Source: Octopus sinensis | Lineage: Eukaryota | Length of the DNA: 64,000 bases | Assembly: GCF_006345805.1 (NCBI RefSeq) | Contig: NC_043002.1 | Span: 23,808,001 to 23,872,000 of the forward strand | Direction of reading: 5' to 3' | Part shown: piece after piece, positions 27,360 through 39,600 of the stretch | Layout of the letters: each line of letters opens with the position of its first letter | How positions within the stretch are numbered: the stretch's first letter is position 1 | Notes under the pieces: generated by a model | Told to the model about the DNA's origin: nothing | Seen by the model: only the letters and a program-made list of their open reading frames with translations | Databases searched by the model: none | Position numbers and translations under genes: made by a program

Positions 27360-27845
27360 GGACAAACATGGCTGTGTGGTAAGAAGCTTGCTTTCCAGCC
27401 ACATGGTTTTGGTTTCAATCCCACTGCATGGCCCTTAGGCAAGTGTTTTCTGCTATATCTCCAGGCCAACTAAAGTATTGTGAGTGGATTTGGTAAGATG
27501 TAAATTGAAATGTATGTATATATATATGTGTGTGTGTCTATCTTTGTGTTTGTATTTGTCCCCCACCATCACTTGATAACCAGTATTGGTTTGTTAATTT
27601 TCCTGTAACTTAGCAGATCTGAACACAGCAATGCAGTACTGTGTAGTGTGGAAAAGGATTGTCAATGGAGTTCCGACCAACCATAGGCTGGTTGAAGGAT
27701 GATGATGAAGAACTTAGTGGTTCTGCAAAAAGAGAACTGATAGAAAAAGTACCAATTGATTTGTTTGATGAAGCTTTTCAAGGTGGTGTCCTGTTATGAC
27801 CATAGTTAAATGACTAAAACAAGTAAAAGATATAAGAGTAATGAT
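27360..27845 (+). mobile_element. Older, CpG-decayed SINE family A copy with a small RTE-tail insertion
   Basis: GGCTGTGTGGTAAGAAGCTTG...TGTGAGTGGATTTGGTA...; insert ~27620-27710 ending ATAGGCTGGTTGAAGGATGATGATG. Confidence 0.7.
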
Positions 27846-28395
27846 AAAAGATAAATAACCTAAAGCATATATATTTGCTCAGATGACCAAGAAGAAAGAG
27901 TGAGGACATTAAAAGGGCCTGGACGGTTGGATGGAAGAAAAAAGGGAGTAATAGCATGATGTAAAAAGCAAGGCAGAAAAGGTAAGGAGTGAGTGCTGGA
28001 AAGAATGCTATGTGGTATATGTTCTAACTCCCTGTGTTGTAAGTTCTAATCCTACTGAAGTCAACTTTGTCTTTTTGTAAGCAAAAAAAAAAAAAAGTAC
28101 CAATACAGGGTAATGGATTGGTGGTACAATTTAAGGGGTTAGACTAGGTACCTTGCAGAATCTGTCCTGAAGCTGTCCTAGATTTTTTGTGTCTTGACAA
28201 AAATGATAACTAATACTAAGCTGTATCAAACCAAATCAATGGCCTTTCCTTTGGATAAACATCAATGATGTAAAGGGGAGATTTGCATGCACAGGCAGCT
28301 GCTGATCTTCTATAAAAAAAATCTTGTCCAGGCTTGCACATATATATGCAGATGCATTGTTGACATTGACTAACAGAGACCTTACACATACAACC

Positions 28396-28456
<61 letters not shown>

Positions 28457-28729
28457 GGTTTGTAATAAAATACGGTGGAGATCATAGCAAAATACCAATC
28501 CCAATACATTATGTATGTAGATTGCATATATATTTTATTAATGCAATTACTTGCAAATGTACAGCTGTTTCAATACACCTTTGTAATTTGTCAAAGATTT
28601 GTGACAAAATAAAAAGATGTATTGAGACAACTATTTAAATATGCATGTGTATGTGTATGTATTAAAGTATGTGTGTGTAGTTATATAATTATATATGCAT
28701 ACATGTGCATGCATATATCATTTTAAAAG

Positions 28730-29037
28730 GTGCCTAATGTCTGGATGTTTACCTGAATAACAAGAGTGAGGTGTTTAATCCTTGCCCACATGAAAGGAAG
28801 TACATTCTTACATACCTGCATACTCCACCATGACTGCAAGCATAGGTCCCCTGTTCAACCTTTCAAAGTTGTCTGGAGGCAGTAGTTGAAGCCAATGGCA
28901 ATTTTAATGAATAAATTTACTCTTTAGTATTTCAAGATATTTTTATGTAATTCTGGTAAATATATCTGTTAAAATGAGATGTCAGTGTTATTTTCATTTT
29001 TGCATAATTTAGACGATAATATATTCACCACACCCTG

Positions 29038-29040
<3 letters not shown>
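28730..29040 (+). mobile_element. Tc1-like element 3' remnant
   Basis: SCLEAVVEANGNFNE* (Tc1-type C-terminus); ends CACCCTG|TA into (TA)n. Confidence 0.55.
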
Positions 29041-29091
<51 letters not shown>

Positions 29092-29219
29092 TAAATAAAA
29101 CTTACTTGGAAAGGGGTGCGTGGCATTTAATTATATAATGATATAAATAACATATATATGCATATATACATACATATATGTACATACATACATATATATA
29201 TGTATATACATATGCATAT

Positions 29220-29500
29220 GTGGGCACAGAACATAAGCAACATAAAATACGAAAAGATAAATTACGAAATATGAAATATGAATACATGGAATATGAACAT
29301 TTTTTGCAAACAATGAAAGAAACAAATGGAAAGCAAGACAAACAACACAAAGAATGACACTTCATTAGTTGTAAATCTGTTTTTTAAATCCGTATTTTGA
29401 GCAATTCACAACAAGATACGCCTTCGATAAAACAGTTGCTCCTGCAAAGCAAGTTAAATAAAATTTGGGATTTTGTGGAGGGTCAAAATTGGTAATAAAA
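29220..29500 (-). mobile_element. Short (TA)n-associated repeat (possibly Penelope-like); inverted partial copy at 30484-30635
   Basis: ACATAAGCAACATAAAATACGAAAAGATAAATTACGAAAT...CAAGACAA matches the reverse complement of 30484-30635. Confidence 0.5.
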
Positions 29501-29504
29501 ATAT

Positions 29505-29765
29505 CATCATCATCATTATCATCATCGTTTAGCGTCTGCTTTCCATGCTAGCATGGGTTGGACGGTTCTACTGGGGTCTGTGAAGCCAGAAGGCTTCATC
29601 AGGCCCAGTCAAATCTGGCAGTGTTTCTACGGCTGGATGCCCTTCCTAACGCCAACCACTCCGTGAGTGTAGTGGGTGCTTTTTACATGCCACCCGCACA
29701 GGTGCCAGACAGAGCTGGCAAACGGCCACGAACGGATGGTGCTTTTTATGTGCCACCGGCATGGG
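29505..29765 (-). mobile_element. RTE-X-like 3' UTR fragment
   Basis: Conserved core GGATGCCCTTCCTAACGCCAACCAC and (CAT)n tail. Confidence 0.8.
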
Positions 29766-30224
29766 ACAGTGAAAACAAACAGGAAGGGCTGCTAAGCCTA
29801 ACCGAGTTGAGGTGGTGAACGCAGAGGAGTAAGCTTGGACAGGAGACAGACAAGAATGTATGTAATCCCTCCAGCTGAATCAGAAGGAAAGAAACACAAG
29901 TTAGGAAAAGAAAGAAAGATGACCGATGGTCACGTGAGAGCAATGAGAGAGCAAAGGAGGAAAAGTGAGGGAGCGAGAGAGTGACAGATAGAGAACAGCA
30001 AAGGGGAGAGGAAAAGAATGAGAAGAAGGATAAAAGAGAAAAAACGAGAGGGGAGAAGGGGAGATAAAAAGAATTAGAGATAGGAAGAGAGTAAATGAAA
30101 GAGTAATAGAATAGAATAGAATGGAAGTGTTGCATCAGAATTATTAAGATAAAACTTAATTGGAAAGGGATGCATGGCATTCAATCATATAATAATATAA
30201 ATAATATATATATGCATATATATG

Positions 30225-30482
30225 TGTCGGTGGCACATAAAAACACCATCCGAGCGTGGCCGTCTGCCAGCCTCGTCTGGCACCTGTGTCGGTGGCACAT
30301 AAAATCACCCACTACACTCTCGGAGTGGTTGGCGTTAGGAAGGGCATCCAGCTGTAGAAACACTGCCAGATCTGACTGGCCTGGTGCTGCCTTCGGGCTC
30401 CCCAGACCCCAGTTGAACCGTCCAACCCATGCTAGCATGGAAAGCAGACGTTAAACGATGATGATGATGATGATGATGATAT
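30225..30482 (+). mobile_element. RTE-X-like 3' UTR fragment
   Basis: GTGGTTGGCGTTAGGAAGGGCATCCAGCTGTAGAAA...GTTAAACGATGATG. Confidence 0.8.
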
Positions 30483-30688
30483 ATGAAGGGTCGTTTTTTT
30501 GTGTTGCTTGTCTTGTTTCCCATTTGTTTTTTCGTTGTTTGCCAAACAAAGTTCATATTCCATGTATTCGTATTTCGTAATTCATGTTTTCGTATCCTAT
30601 GTTGTTTATGTTCTGTGATGTCCTGTGCCCCCACCTCCACATTGCCAGTAAATCATATATCCGAAAGAAAAGCACACTCTGAGTTATA

Positions 30689-30948
30689 TGTATATATGCC
30701 ATAAGGTCTGCAAATCCAACGGAAACCTCAAAGGACATTTTAAGATCTGCAAAAATCAAAACTTAATTGCAGCTCTTGGTGGTCAACAGCAGATATGCAA
30801 TTTATGTTGGTGTCTTTTCAAAACATCTGGTTTAAAAAGTCACATCAGACACCGTGGTAGATCTAAGGTGTAAGTACAAAAGGTGGTCAAACTCTGTATA
30901 AGGAGTAGACAACCAACACACACACACACACACACACACATATATTAT
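30689..30948 (+). mobile_element. 5'-truncated LINE end with two degenerate C2H2 fingers, (CA)n tail and ~43-bp flanking direct repeat
   Basis: YICHKVCKSNGNLKGHFKI...ICNLCWCLFKTSGLKSHIRH; direct repeat CAGTAAATCATA..GAAAGAAAA..CTCT.AGTTATA at 30646-30688 and 30949-30991. Confidence 0.65.
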
Positions 30949-31059
30949 CAGTAAATCATAATCTGAAAGAAAAACATACTCTTAAGTTATAGAGCTCTAA
31001 ATATACATATATATAGACACAAGATTGCATATGTAGGTGGGTGGTGTGTGTAATCAATT

Positions 31060-31482
31060 AAATTGAACCAGAAGCCAGTGGTACGTAAAAAGCACCATTC
31101 GAACGTGGCCGATGCCAGTGCCCCCTGACTGGCTCCCCTGGTGGTGGCACATAAAAAGCGCTATCCCAACGTGATCGATGCCAGGCCCACCCGACTGACT
31201 CCTGTGCTGGTGGCGTGTAAAATGCATCCACTACACTCTCAGAGTGGTTGGCATTAGGAAGGGCATCAAGCTGTAGAAACAAGCTGTAGATCAGATTGGA
31301 GCCTGGTACAGCTGCTGGCTTTCCAGACCTCAGTCAAACTGTCCAACCCATGCCAGCATAGAAAACAGACGTTAAACGATGATGATGATGATGATGATAT
31401 ATGTATATACATACACATACACACATATACATATATATACATGTGTGTGTGTGTGTGTATATATATATGTGTATATATATAT

Positions 31483-31515
<33 letters not shown>

Positions 31516-32105
31516 CATACACACACACACGTCCAGCCCTCTTAAGAATACTCCTGATACGTTGGGTGATATGATATGCTTGAGAAGACCTGTTGAGTCA
31601 AGTAAAACCAATATTGTAGCTGGGGGTGGTGCCCCTTGACTTGCTCCTGTGCCAATGGCACGTAAAAAGCACCATCCGAACATAGTTGATGGAAGGTCTG
31701 CTGGACTGGATTTGGTGCTGGTGGCGCATAAAAAGCACCATCCAAACGTGTTTGTAGCCAGGTCTGCCTTGCTGGCTCCGGTGCCAGTGGCACATAAAAA
31801 GTACTAATCAATCGTGACCGACGCCAGTACCCCCTGATTGGCTCCTGTGCCAGTCACACGTAAAAAGCACCATCCAAACGTGATCGTTGCCATGCCCGCC
31901 TCACTGGCCCCTGTGCCAGCGGCACGTAAAAAGCACCCACTACACTCTCGGAGTGATTGGCTTTAGGAAGGGCATCCAGCTGTAGAAAGCCTGCCAGACC
32001 AGTCTGGGGCCTGGTGCAGCTGCTGGCTCTCCAGACCTCAGTCAAACCATCGAACCCATGCCAGCATAGAAAATGAACGTTAATCGATGATGATGATATG
32101 ATGAC
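31060..32105 (+). mobile_element. Two tandem RTE-X-like 3' UTR copies (31060-31397, 31530-32105)
   Basis: 3 and 5 GGCAC-TAAAAAGCACC units respectively, each copy ending in the core plus a (GAT)n tail. Confidence 0.8.
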
Positions 32106-32670
32106 ACACACACATATATGTGTGTGTATTTATCAATAAATATATGAATATGTATATATATATATGTATTTTATATATATATATGTGTATATATATGTAT
32201 GTGTGTGTATATATAAATATATAATACAATGCGTGAGTGTATGATGTGGGAAGGAAGAGAAAGGAATGTAACATGATGGCGGTGAGTGGGTGTGGTGAGA
32301 CAGTTTTGCCAGTAATAAACAAGAAGTCTTTGCTGTCTTTATATAATAGATTTCAATTAGTCTTTCCTGTACGCCTAGTTGTTGTTAGTAGACACCAGAT
32401 ACTGTTATGTTGACACTTCACATTAGAACAATTTTTGTATTTGTCTGTACATGTGTGTGTATTGCACGTATGTGTGTGCGTGCGCATGTGTGTGTATAAG
32501 TGTACGTTTGTGTGCGTGTGTGTGTACGTGTGTGTATGTGTGTGTGAGGGGGTGTTGTGTATTTATTTTGTCAGACTAACAATTATGGATTGAATATTCT
32601 ATATATGCATATATATATACACGTACATACTTACATACATGCATACATGTAAGTATATATGTATATATAG

Positions 32671-32703
<33 letters not shown>

Positions 32704-32729
32704 CACATACATGCATGCAAATATGTATG

Positions 32730-32776
<47 letters not shown>

Positions 32777-32834
32777 ATGCATATGTATGCGTGTGTATAT
32801 ATATATATTTATATATACATACACATATATAGAT

Positions 32835-32955
<121 letters not shown>

Positions 32956-33239
32956 AATAGATAGACATGTACATACATACAAGAGTCCCTCAATTAGTAT
33001 GTCATTTAATCTTTTTAAAGTGATTTGGTAAATGAAATAAAAATAATAATAATAATGAAATTATTGTATACAATGCTCAGGTGCACCACAAATAGACACA
33101 ATTAAATTTAAATGCACTCATTAAATATTACAAGACATCTTTTTCTTTTGAAATCTGTGTTTTTAACTATATTTTCACTTTAACTTCTCATTAACAAGTG
33201 CAAGATATCAAATATGTATTCATAAATCTATTGTTTGAA

Positions 33240-33600
33240 CATTTAATTCTTTTCCAAGAAAAACTTATCTGAAGAAGTCTGGACACTCATCTGCTTTCCT
33301 CCTATTGTCTTCAAACTCTTTCCCTTCGCAATTCTTTGCTTTGTCAATTGCTACAAGAACTTGCATGTTATTTTCAAGATTTGAGTCTAGATCCATAATT
33401 TGCTGCTTTATTTCTTCTGTAGTGCTAAAGATTTCTTCTCTTCTTGGTGTATTTTTTGTCTGTGTACATGAGTCTTGATTTTTCATATACATGCTATTGA
33501 TCAATACTAATGAGATCAATATCATTTATGTCTTCAGAAAGTGAGTTCAATAATTCTTGTATATTGGTAAGTCTACTTCTACAGAGCCCAATTCATGTTC
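33240..33600 (-). pseudogene. pogo/Tigger-like transposase C-terminal remnant
   Basis: EEIKQQIMDLDSNLENNMQV...RRKA...DFF resembles the Tigger/pogo C-terminal region; no splice signals supporting a host exon. Confidence 0.45.
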
Positions 33601-34020
33601 ATTGGTGGCAATCTTATCAACAATTGTGACCACTTGTTGAGCAATGCATGTGCACACATTCACACACACAAGCACATGCACACACACAAGTACACACACT
33701 CACACTCTCATATAGGTTTGGTAGAACAGAGAAAAATAATACTCCAATATTATTTTTATACATATACTTTTATCATTTTTATCATTTTTTCATTATTTTA
33801 TTGTTTTGTTTCATTTTAAAACTTTCTACCAGGTAAAATAATAAAATGTATGCATGCATGCTTATAAGTATGTATGTATGTATGTATGTATGTATGTATG
33901 TATGTATGTATGTATGTATGTATGTATGTATGTATGTATGTATGTATTTTCTGCATATGTATGTATTATGTTGGTATGTATATGTGTATGTATGTATGCA
34001 GCTATCTTTCTATCTATCTA

Positions 34021-34083
<63 letters not shown>

Positions 34084-35149
34084 GTCTATCTATCTATCTG
34101 TCTATATATATTATATAATATATGTATTATGCATGTATATGTGCATATATAAATATATGTGTATGTGTGCATACATGTGTGTATGTGTATACATGTATGG
34201 CTGCATATATATATATATATACATAAACTCACAGATATATATAAACAATGAAATAACAGCAAATACCCATGTTTTGTTTATGCTATTTATTATTGATATG
34301 GACATACTTTAAGCACACGTAAACATACTGGGAGATCAGAAATACTTTTTTTGTTTCACTGATGCTATATGGTGGCATTAAACCAAGTGACTGGGATTTG
34401 AACACAGAAATCAATGAACCAGAACAAACACCATAGTCATCTGTTCTGATATTCTTTGAATTCCACCAATGCTCCTCCCTGGTTTGGTATGGCTTTTATT
34501 GATCGTAAAAGGATGAAAGGCAATGCCGACCTTGACAGGATTATGAAATCAGAAAGCAGAAAGTTGGAACAAATACTGTGACGCATTTCTATCTCATGTG
34601 TTAATGACTGCCAGTTTTGTTGTTTGGTACACTGGATGACTTTAGCAGAGGCCGCTTTGTTGTAAGGATTCAGGCCAGGTTTGAGGTTTGAGCTTGTCTT
34701 TCCCAGTTGTGTAGCCAGGTTCTAAAGTTAGGAGGAGCATGCACATAAAGAAAAAGGTGCCACGACACATACCAAACAATTTTTAACTTATTTTTCTTAT
34801 ATTATGCAAAATATTTCATAAGTTATAAAATATGTAATTGTATTCTCATAAAGTTTTCAACTATTGATATAGGTGTGCCATAGAAATGATAAAACTTCTT
34901 AGGATTGTCCTGTGATGAGAGGTTATGATTTCAGAGTTTGTTTTGGTTCTTCAGATGTCAGCAGCCACCAACAGATGACAGGTCGATCAAATAAAGCAAT
35001 GACTCCTGAAAGTACTTCAAAGGCCATGCATTAGCTAAAAAAAAAAAAAAAAAGAGATTCAACTTTTACTGCACAGGTCAATTAAAGAGTTTAAAAAATT
35101 GTCAGAAAGGCACTAATTTTAAAAATTGTCTGTGGAAGTGGTTGCTCAC

Positions 35150-35247
35150 CTTGCTCCCCTATTGCCTATGTCACTGGCCTTTCCTTCTTCTCTTTCCTTT
35201 GTTTTGGAGTCCCTGCAAAAGATCATGGGCACTGATTGTCCTACTGA
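35150..35247 (-). other. Candidate 98-nt internal exon of a minus-strand transcript
   Basis: Acceptor T-tract-AATCTTTTAG|, donor AAG|GTGAGC; one open frame SVGQSVPMIFCRDSKTKEREEGKASDIGNRGA. Confidence 0.4.
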
Positions 35248-35314
35248 CTAAAAGATTAAAAAAAAAAATGTATATATTTTTAATATATACTTCACCTCCA
35301 TATCTATCTATCCG

Positions 35315-35740
35315 CTCAGTTGAAGTCGACTCTCGGTTACTCGTTGGATCAGTGTCCTCCAGTCAGTTCTATCCTGGGCTGCTTCTTTCAGACTGGCTAT
35401 GTCCATTCCGATATCACTCTTGATGGTGTCAAGCCAGCGGGTTCTTGGTCAGCCTCTTCCTCTCTTGCCACTGACCATTCCGAGCATGATGTCCTTTTCC
35501 AGGGATTTTCTCCGCATAATATGACCGAAATATGCCAATCTATGCTTGGTGATCCTAGCTTCTAGCAACATTTTCGGCCTGATCTGCTTAAGAACTTCTC
35601 CATTGGTGAGCCTCGCTGTCCATGGAATCCGTAAAAGTCTTCTCCAACACCAAAGCTCGAATGCATTAATTCTCTTCTGGTCAGCTTTCTTTAGTGTCCA
35701 GGTCTTGCATCCATATATATATATAGAGAGAATCAAAGTA
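35315..35740 (-). pseudogene. RTE-BovB-like LINE RT C-terminal fragment
   Basis: YGCKTWTLKKADQKRINAFELWCWRRLLRIPWTAR...LAYFGHIMRRKSLEKDIMLG.VSGKRGRG*PRTRWLD...AAQDR..WR. Confidence 0.9.
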
Positions 35741-35770
35741 TGTTAGTATATGTGTTCATGTGTGCATGTG

Positions 35771-35822
<52 letters not shown>

Positions 35823-36045
35823 TGTGTGTGTTTATGTATTTGTGTGTGCCACATAAAAAGCACCTGGTACACTCTGTAAAATGGTTGGTGTTAGGAAGGA
35901 CACCCAGCTATAGAAACATGTCAAAGCAGACAGTAGAGCTTGGTGCAGTCCTCTGGCCCATCAGTTCCTGTCAAACTGTCCAACCCATGTGAGAATTGAC
36001 TGGAGCTAGACAAACTGGAGAGGTCCAGTTTGCCTAGCAAGACAA

Positions 36046-36435
36046 AGGCCTCATCATGTTCTCTCCACCAACCACAGTCTGATGTGGAGGCTGTGAATTT
36101 GAGTTTGAGATCATACTGGTTTGATGAGCCTACTCTGCCACACTGGCTCAACATGGCTTGGGAGAGCGATGCTGTTTTTATACTCTTACCCAGGAGTAGT
36201 TAAGTCGGGAAGCTCTTCCTAATGCCAACCACTTTGCAGAGTGTACATGGTGCTTTTTACGTAGCAGCAGGGCCACCAAGTAACTTGTGAGTTACTTGGT
36301 AACCCTCTCAGCTGGGAGAGGGAGTTGAACCAAAGGAGGTGGCTTTGAAGCAGTTCAAAGGTTAAAGTATAATAGAGGGATAGAGATACTTAGCTACCCC
36401 AGTAAGAAAAGAAAGGAGAAGGAGAGATAGAGTTA

Positions 36436-36531
<96 letters not shown>

Positions 36532-36773
36532 GATGGTGGAACATTGGGGAGGAGTATAAGTGGTACTGAGAGGAATGGACTGGATTGCCTATGTTCAGTC
36601 CACTGCAAGACGAAGGCCTCATCATGTTCTCTTCACCAACCACGGTCTGATGTGGAGGCTGGGAATTTGAGTTTGAGATCATACTGGTTTGATGAGCCTA
36701 CTCTGCCACACTGGCTCAACATGGCTTGGCAGACGGATGCTGTTTTTATACTCTTACCTAGGACTAGTTAAGT
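36046..36773 (-). repeat. Two ~165-bp direct repeats (36046-36205, 36605-36773) of a SINE-like element with an RTE-type 3' tail
   Basis: Highly similar blocks; the minus strand of copy 2 ends GAGGCCTTCGTCTTGCAGTGGGACTGAACATAGGC, resembling RTE 3' ends; both copies share the same opposite end ACTTAACTA. Confidence 0.75.
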
Positions 36774-37160
36774 TGATTATATCAACTCTAGGGCTCAACA
36801 GGTACTTATTTCATTGATCTTGAAAGGGTGAAAGACAAAGTTGAATTTGAACTCAGAACATAAAGATGGACACATACCTGCCTAGCATGCTAATGATTCT
36901 GCCAACTCGCCAAAATGATGCCAATGTTAGACATTATAAAATGAATAAAAATAATTAAGTACAATAATTGAAGATAATAGTAGTCATCATTCAATTGGTT
37001 GCTGCTGTAATAAAGGGAGATGCTGTGCTGAGCCAACAACTCAGGTGTAAATATTGACTGAATCTCTGTTTGATTATGAGGAATCAGTTGTTCAATCAAG
37101 TGAATTACTTGCTAATTAAATTAACAATTAAGTGGCTGAGTATTCCAAAGATACCTTTAA

Positions 37161-37653
37161 CCCTTTGTTATCATATTTTTGTTGAACTACTGTTTTTCTT
37201 TCCATTAATTTTGAAAATAATAAAGAATTTATTGAAATAATTTTATTATTATTAAGCTGGTATTTGGAACCTGAATTAACATGAAATTTTGCAAGAAGGT
37301 TTTAATTAAGATCATTTTAACTCTTTAGCTTTTAAACTGGCCACATCTGGCCCAAATATTCTCCTTGTTTTATGTTCAAACTGTCAAAATCTGGCCTCTT
37401 ACACCTACCCAACAATGCCATTCTAAGCAATCACATCTTTGAAATCTTGAAGCTATGTGATAATGTATGATTAATTGCCACCATGGAAACCAGAAATTAA
37501 GTGAGGATGATGATAATGATGATGATGATGATGATGATTAATGTGTATAAATAAACATTACATTTGACAAAGTAATCTGAATGCTAAAGGGTTAAAACAG
37601 GACGTTTGTATCACAAAACCCAGGGGCAATTTCAGGTGGATTGGTATCAAAAG
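37161..37653. mobile_element. Nested piggyBac-type MITEs (outer 37161-37653, inner 37321-37591)
   Basis: TTAA|CCCTTTG...ATCAAAAG|TTAA outer; TTAA|CTCTTTAGC...GCTAAAGGG|TTAA inner. Confidence 0.75.
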
Positions 37654-37982
37654 TTAATGTAACCATCAGACAGAATTAGCTTGATGCTGTATGTGATAAT
37701 GCTGTACCTCTGAATCTACTTGATGAACTTCTATACAAGTGATTCAAACTGGATAGACAGGCTACTGCCAATCTATTTTCACTCACAAAGCTTAGGCCAA
37801 CCTGATGTTGTGGTAAAAGATACCATGCTACAGAATTGAACCCAAGATCATGTCATTGCATAGGAAACTACTTAATCATTTGGCCATGACTAAAAAACTA
37901 AAGAAATAAACTACAAGTTATTTACAGATTGCTTATATCAAATGATTATGAATTGTCATGCATAAATAAAGTAAATTTCTAA

Positions 37983-38275
37983 TCAATATCTATAAAGCTG
38001 AAATGCGAAAAAGCTGTTTGATTTCTTGGTTATTTGTCTCATTTTGGGATGGGAAAAGTTTAAGGGGCGGTAGATGGGGTCGGATTGGCACCAAAATTTA
38101 CACTGGGGAGTAAAATGGGGTGGGCAATGGTATGAGGGGCTACCATTTGGTTGCCATGGTGAGGAATATGGGAAAGGCAAAGAAGACGAACAAAAGAAGA
38201 AAGGGAAAAGGAGACAACACGCACAAAACAACATCACCACGAAAACCCGAGCGAAGCACGGGTCAAAATAGCTAG
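37983..38275 (+). mobile_element. Non-autonomous Helitron
   Basis: 5' A|TC.ATATCTATAAAGC; 3' hairpin CCCGAGC-GAA-GCACGGG followed by CTAG|T at 38272-38276. Confidence 0.75.
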
Positions 38276-38526
38276 TCTATAATATAAATTGGACATGGGC
38301 AATCGTTGTATTCTTTCTTGTCTTGAGGTTCACAGCCAAATGTCTCGGTGGATTCAAGTGGAAAATGGTACACATGTGAAGACGGGTGCATAGATTGGAA
38401 TGCAGTTTGTATTTTTTTCCTAGACCCCATAGTTACAGAGAAAATCGATTAAAACTTTTTCTAATAGAATTCCCCTGTTTGTTCCACCATTAAAACAACC
38501 AGTTGCTCACACAGTCGGCATATACC

Positions 38527-38743
38527 TATTTCTTTACTACCCACAATGAGCTAAACACAGAGGGGACAAACGGATTAAGTCGATTACATCGACCCCAGTG
38601 TGTAACTGGTACTTAATTTATCGACCCCGAAAGGATGAAAGGTAAAGTCGACCTCAGCGGAATTTGAACTCAGAACGTAACAGCAGATGAGGTACGGCTA
38701 CGCATTTCGCCCGGCGTGCTAACGTTTCTGCCAGCTCGCCGCC
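38527..38743 (-). mobile_element. Young tRNA-derived SINE, MetaSINE-like core (family B)
   Basis: GGCGGCGAGCTGGCAGAAACGTTAG...GAGTTCAAATTCC...CCTTTCATCCTTTCGGGGTCGATAAATTAAGTACC; TSD ATATACC on both sides. Confidence 0.85.
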
Positions 38744-38869
38744 TTATATACCATTTCGCTAGCAACAAGGTGAGTACAGGATGACAGTCAGCCAAAGCCA
38801 TTCATTCATACATACATACATACATACATACATACATACATACATACATACATACATACATACATACAT

Positions 38870-39600
38870 AACCTCTTTCTCCTTTTCTCTGTCAGTCACT
38901 CACAAATTCACTCACTACAGAAAGTGAATAAAAAATTTCAGTTAACTCTCTCTTGGCCATTCATAGATACATACGCACATACATACACACATACATACAT
39001 ACATACATACATACATACATACATACATACATACATACATACATACATACATACATACATACATACATACATGCATAACAACCTGCGTGTATGCATGCAT
39101 GTGTGTGTCACTGAAGCCATTTATACATACATACGTAACCTCTCTCTCACTTTTTCTCTGTCAATCACTCACACATTCACTCACTACAAAAAGTGGATGA
39201 AAAATTTCAGTTATCTCTCTCTCTCTCAAACACACACACACACCAGCAACATTACTCTCTCTGTCTCTTCACGCACACTCACAAAAGCAATTCACATACA
39301 TACCACACATTCTGTCTCGCACACCCCATCAAACACACACACACTGAGTCACACTCTCTCACACACACACACTGTCTCTCACATACACACACACACACAC
39401 ACACACACTCTCTCTCTCTCTCTATCACACACACACACGCACGCACATCAATTCTTCTGCTTCACGCCAAGTTAAAAAAACACTCATACAATCGCGCCCT
39501 CCCTGTCTCTTTCGCTTTCACACCAACTTCAAAAGATCCCCGTTCCCCACAACCCCATATTAAAAATTTTTTTAAAGTTTTACGGAAACCGACGATCATC
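38870..39600. mobile_element. Partial relative of the 9369-10292 element
   Basis: CACACCCCATCAAACACACAC and AAAGTTTTACGGAAACCGACG resemble its TIR; internal direct repeat ACCTCT...CACTCACTACA at ~38871 and ~39138. Confidence 0.5.

Noticed and set aside
30688-30873. Host C2H2 zinc-finger gene
   Set aside because: Zinc ligands are mutated, there are no TGEKP linkers, and a repeat tail plus flanking duplication indicate a LINE fragment.
33780-33840. Recursive-splicing-like CAG|GTAAAA after a T-rich tract
   Set aside because: Weak donor; expected by chance in AT-rich DNA.
36745-36773. Spliced-leader RNA (short leader, AG|GTAAG in a hairpin)
   Set aside because: No Sm-binding site downstream on that strand, and the element ends in an RTE-type tail; kept only as a structured SINE-like repeat.
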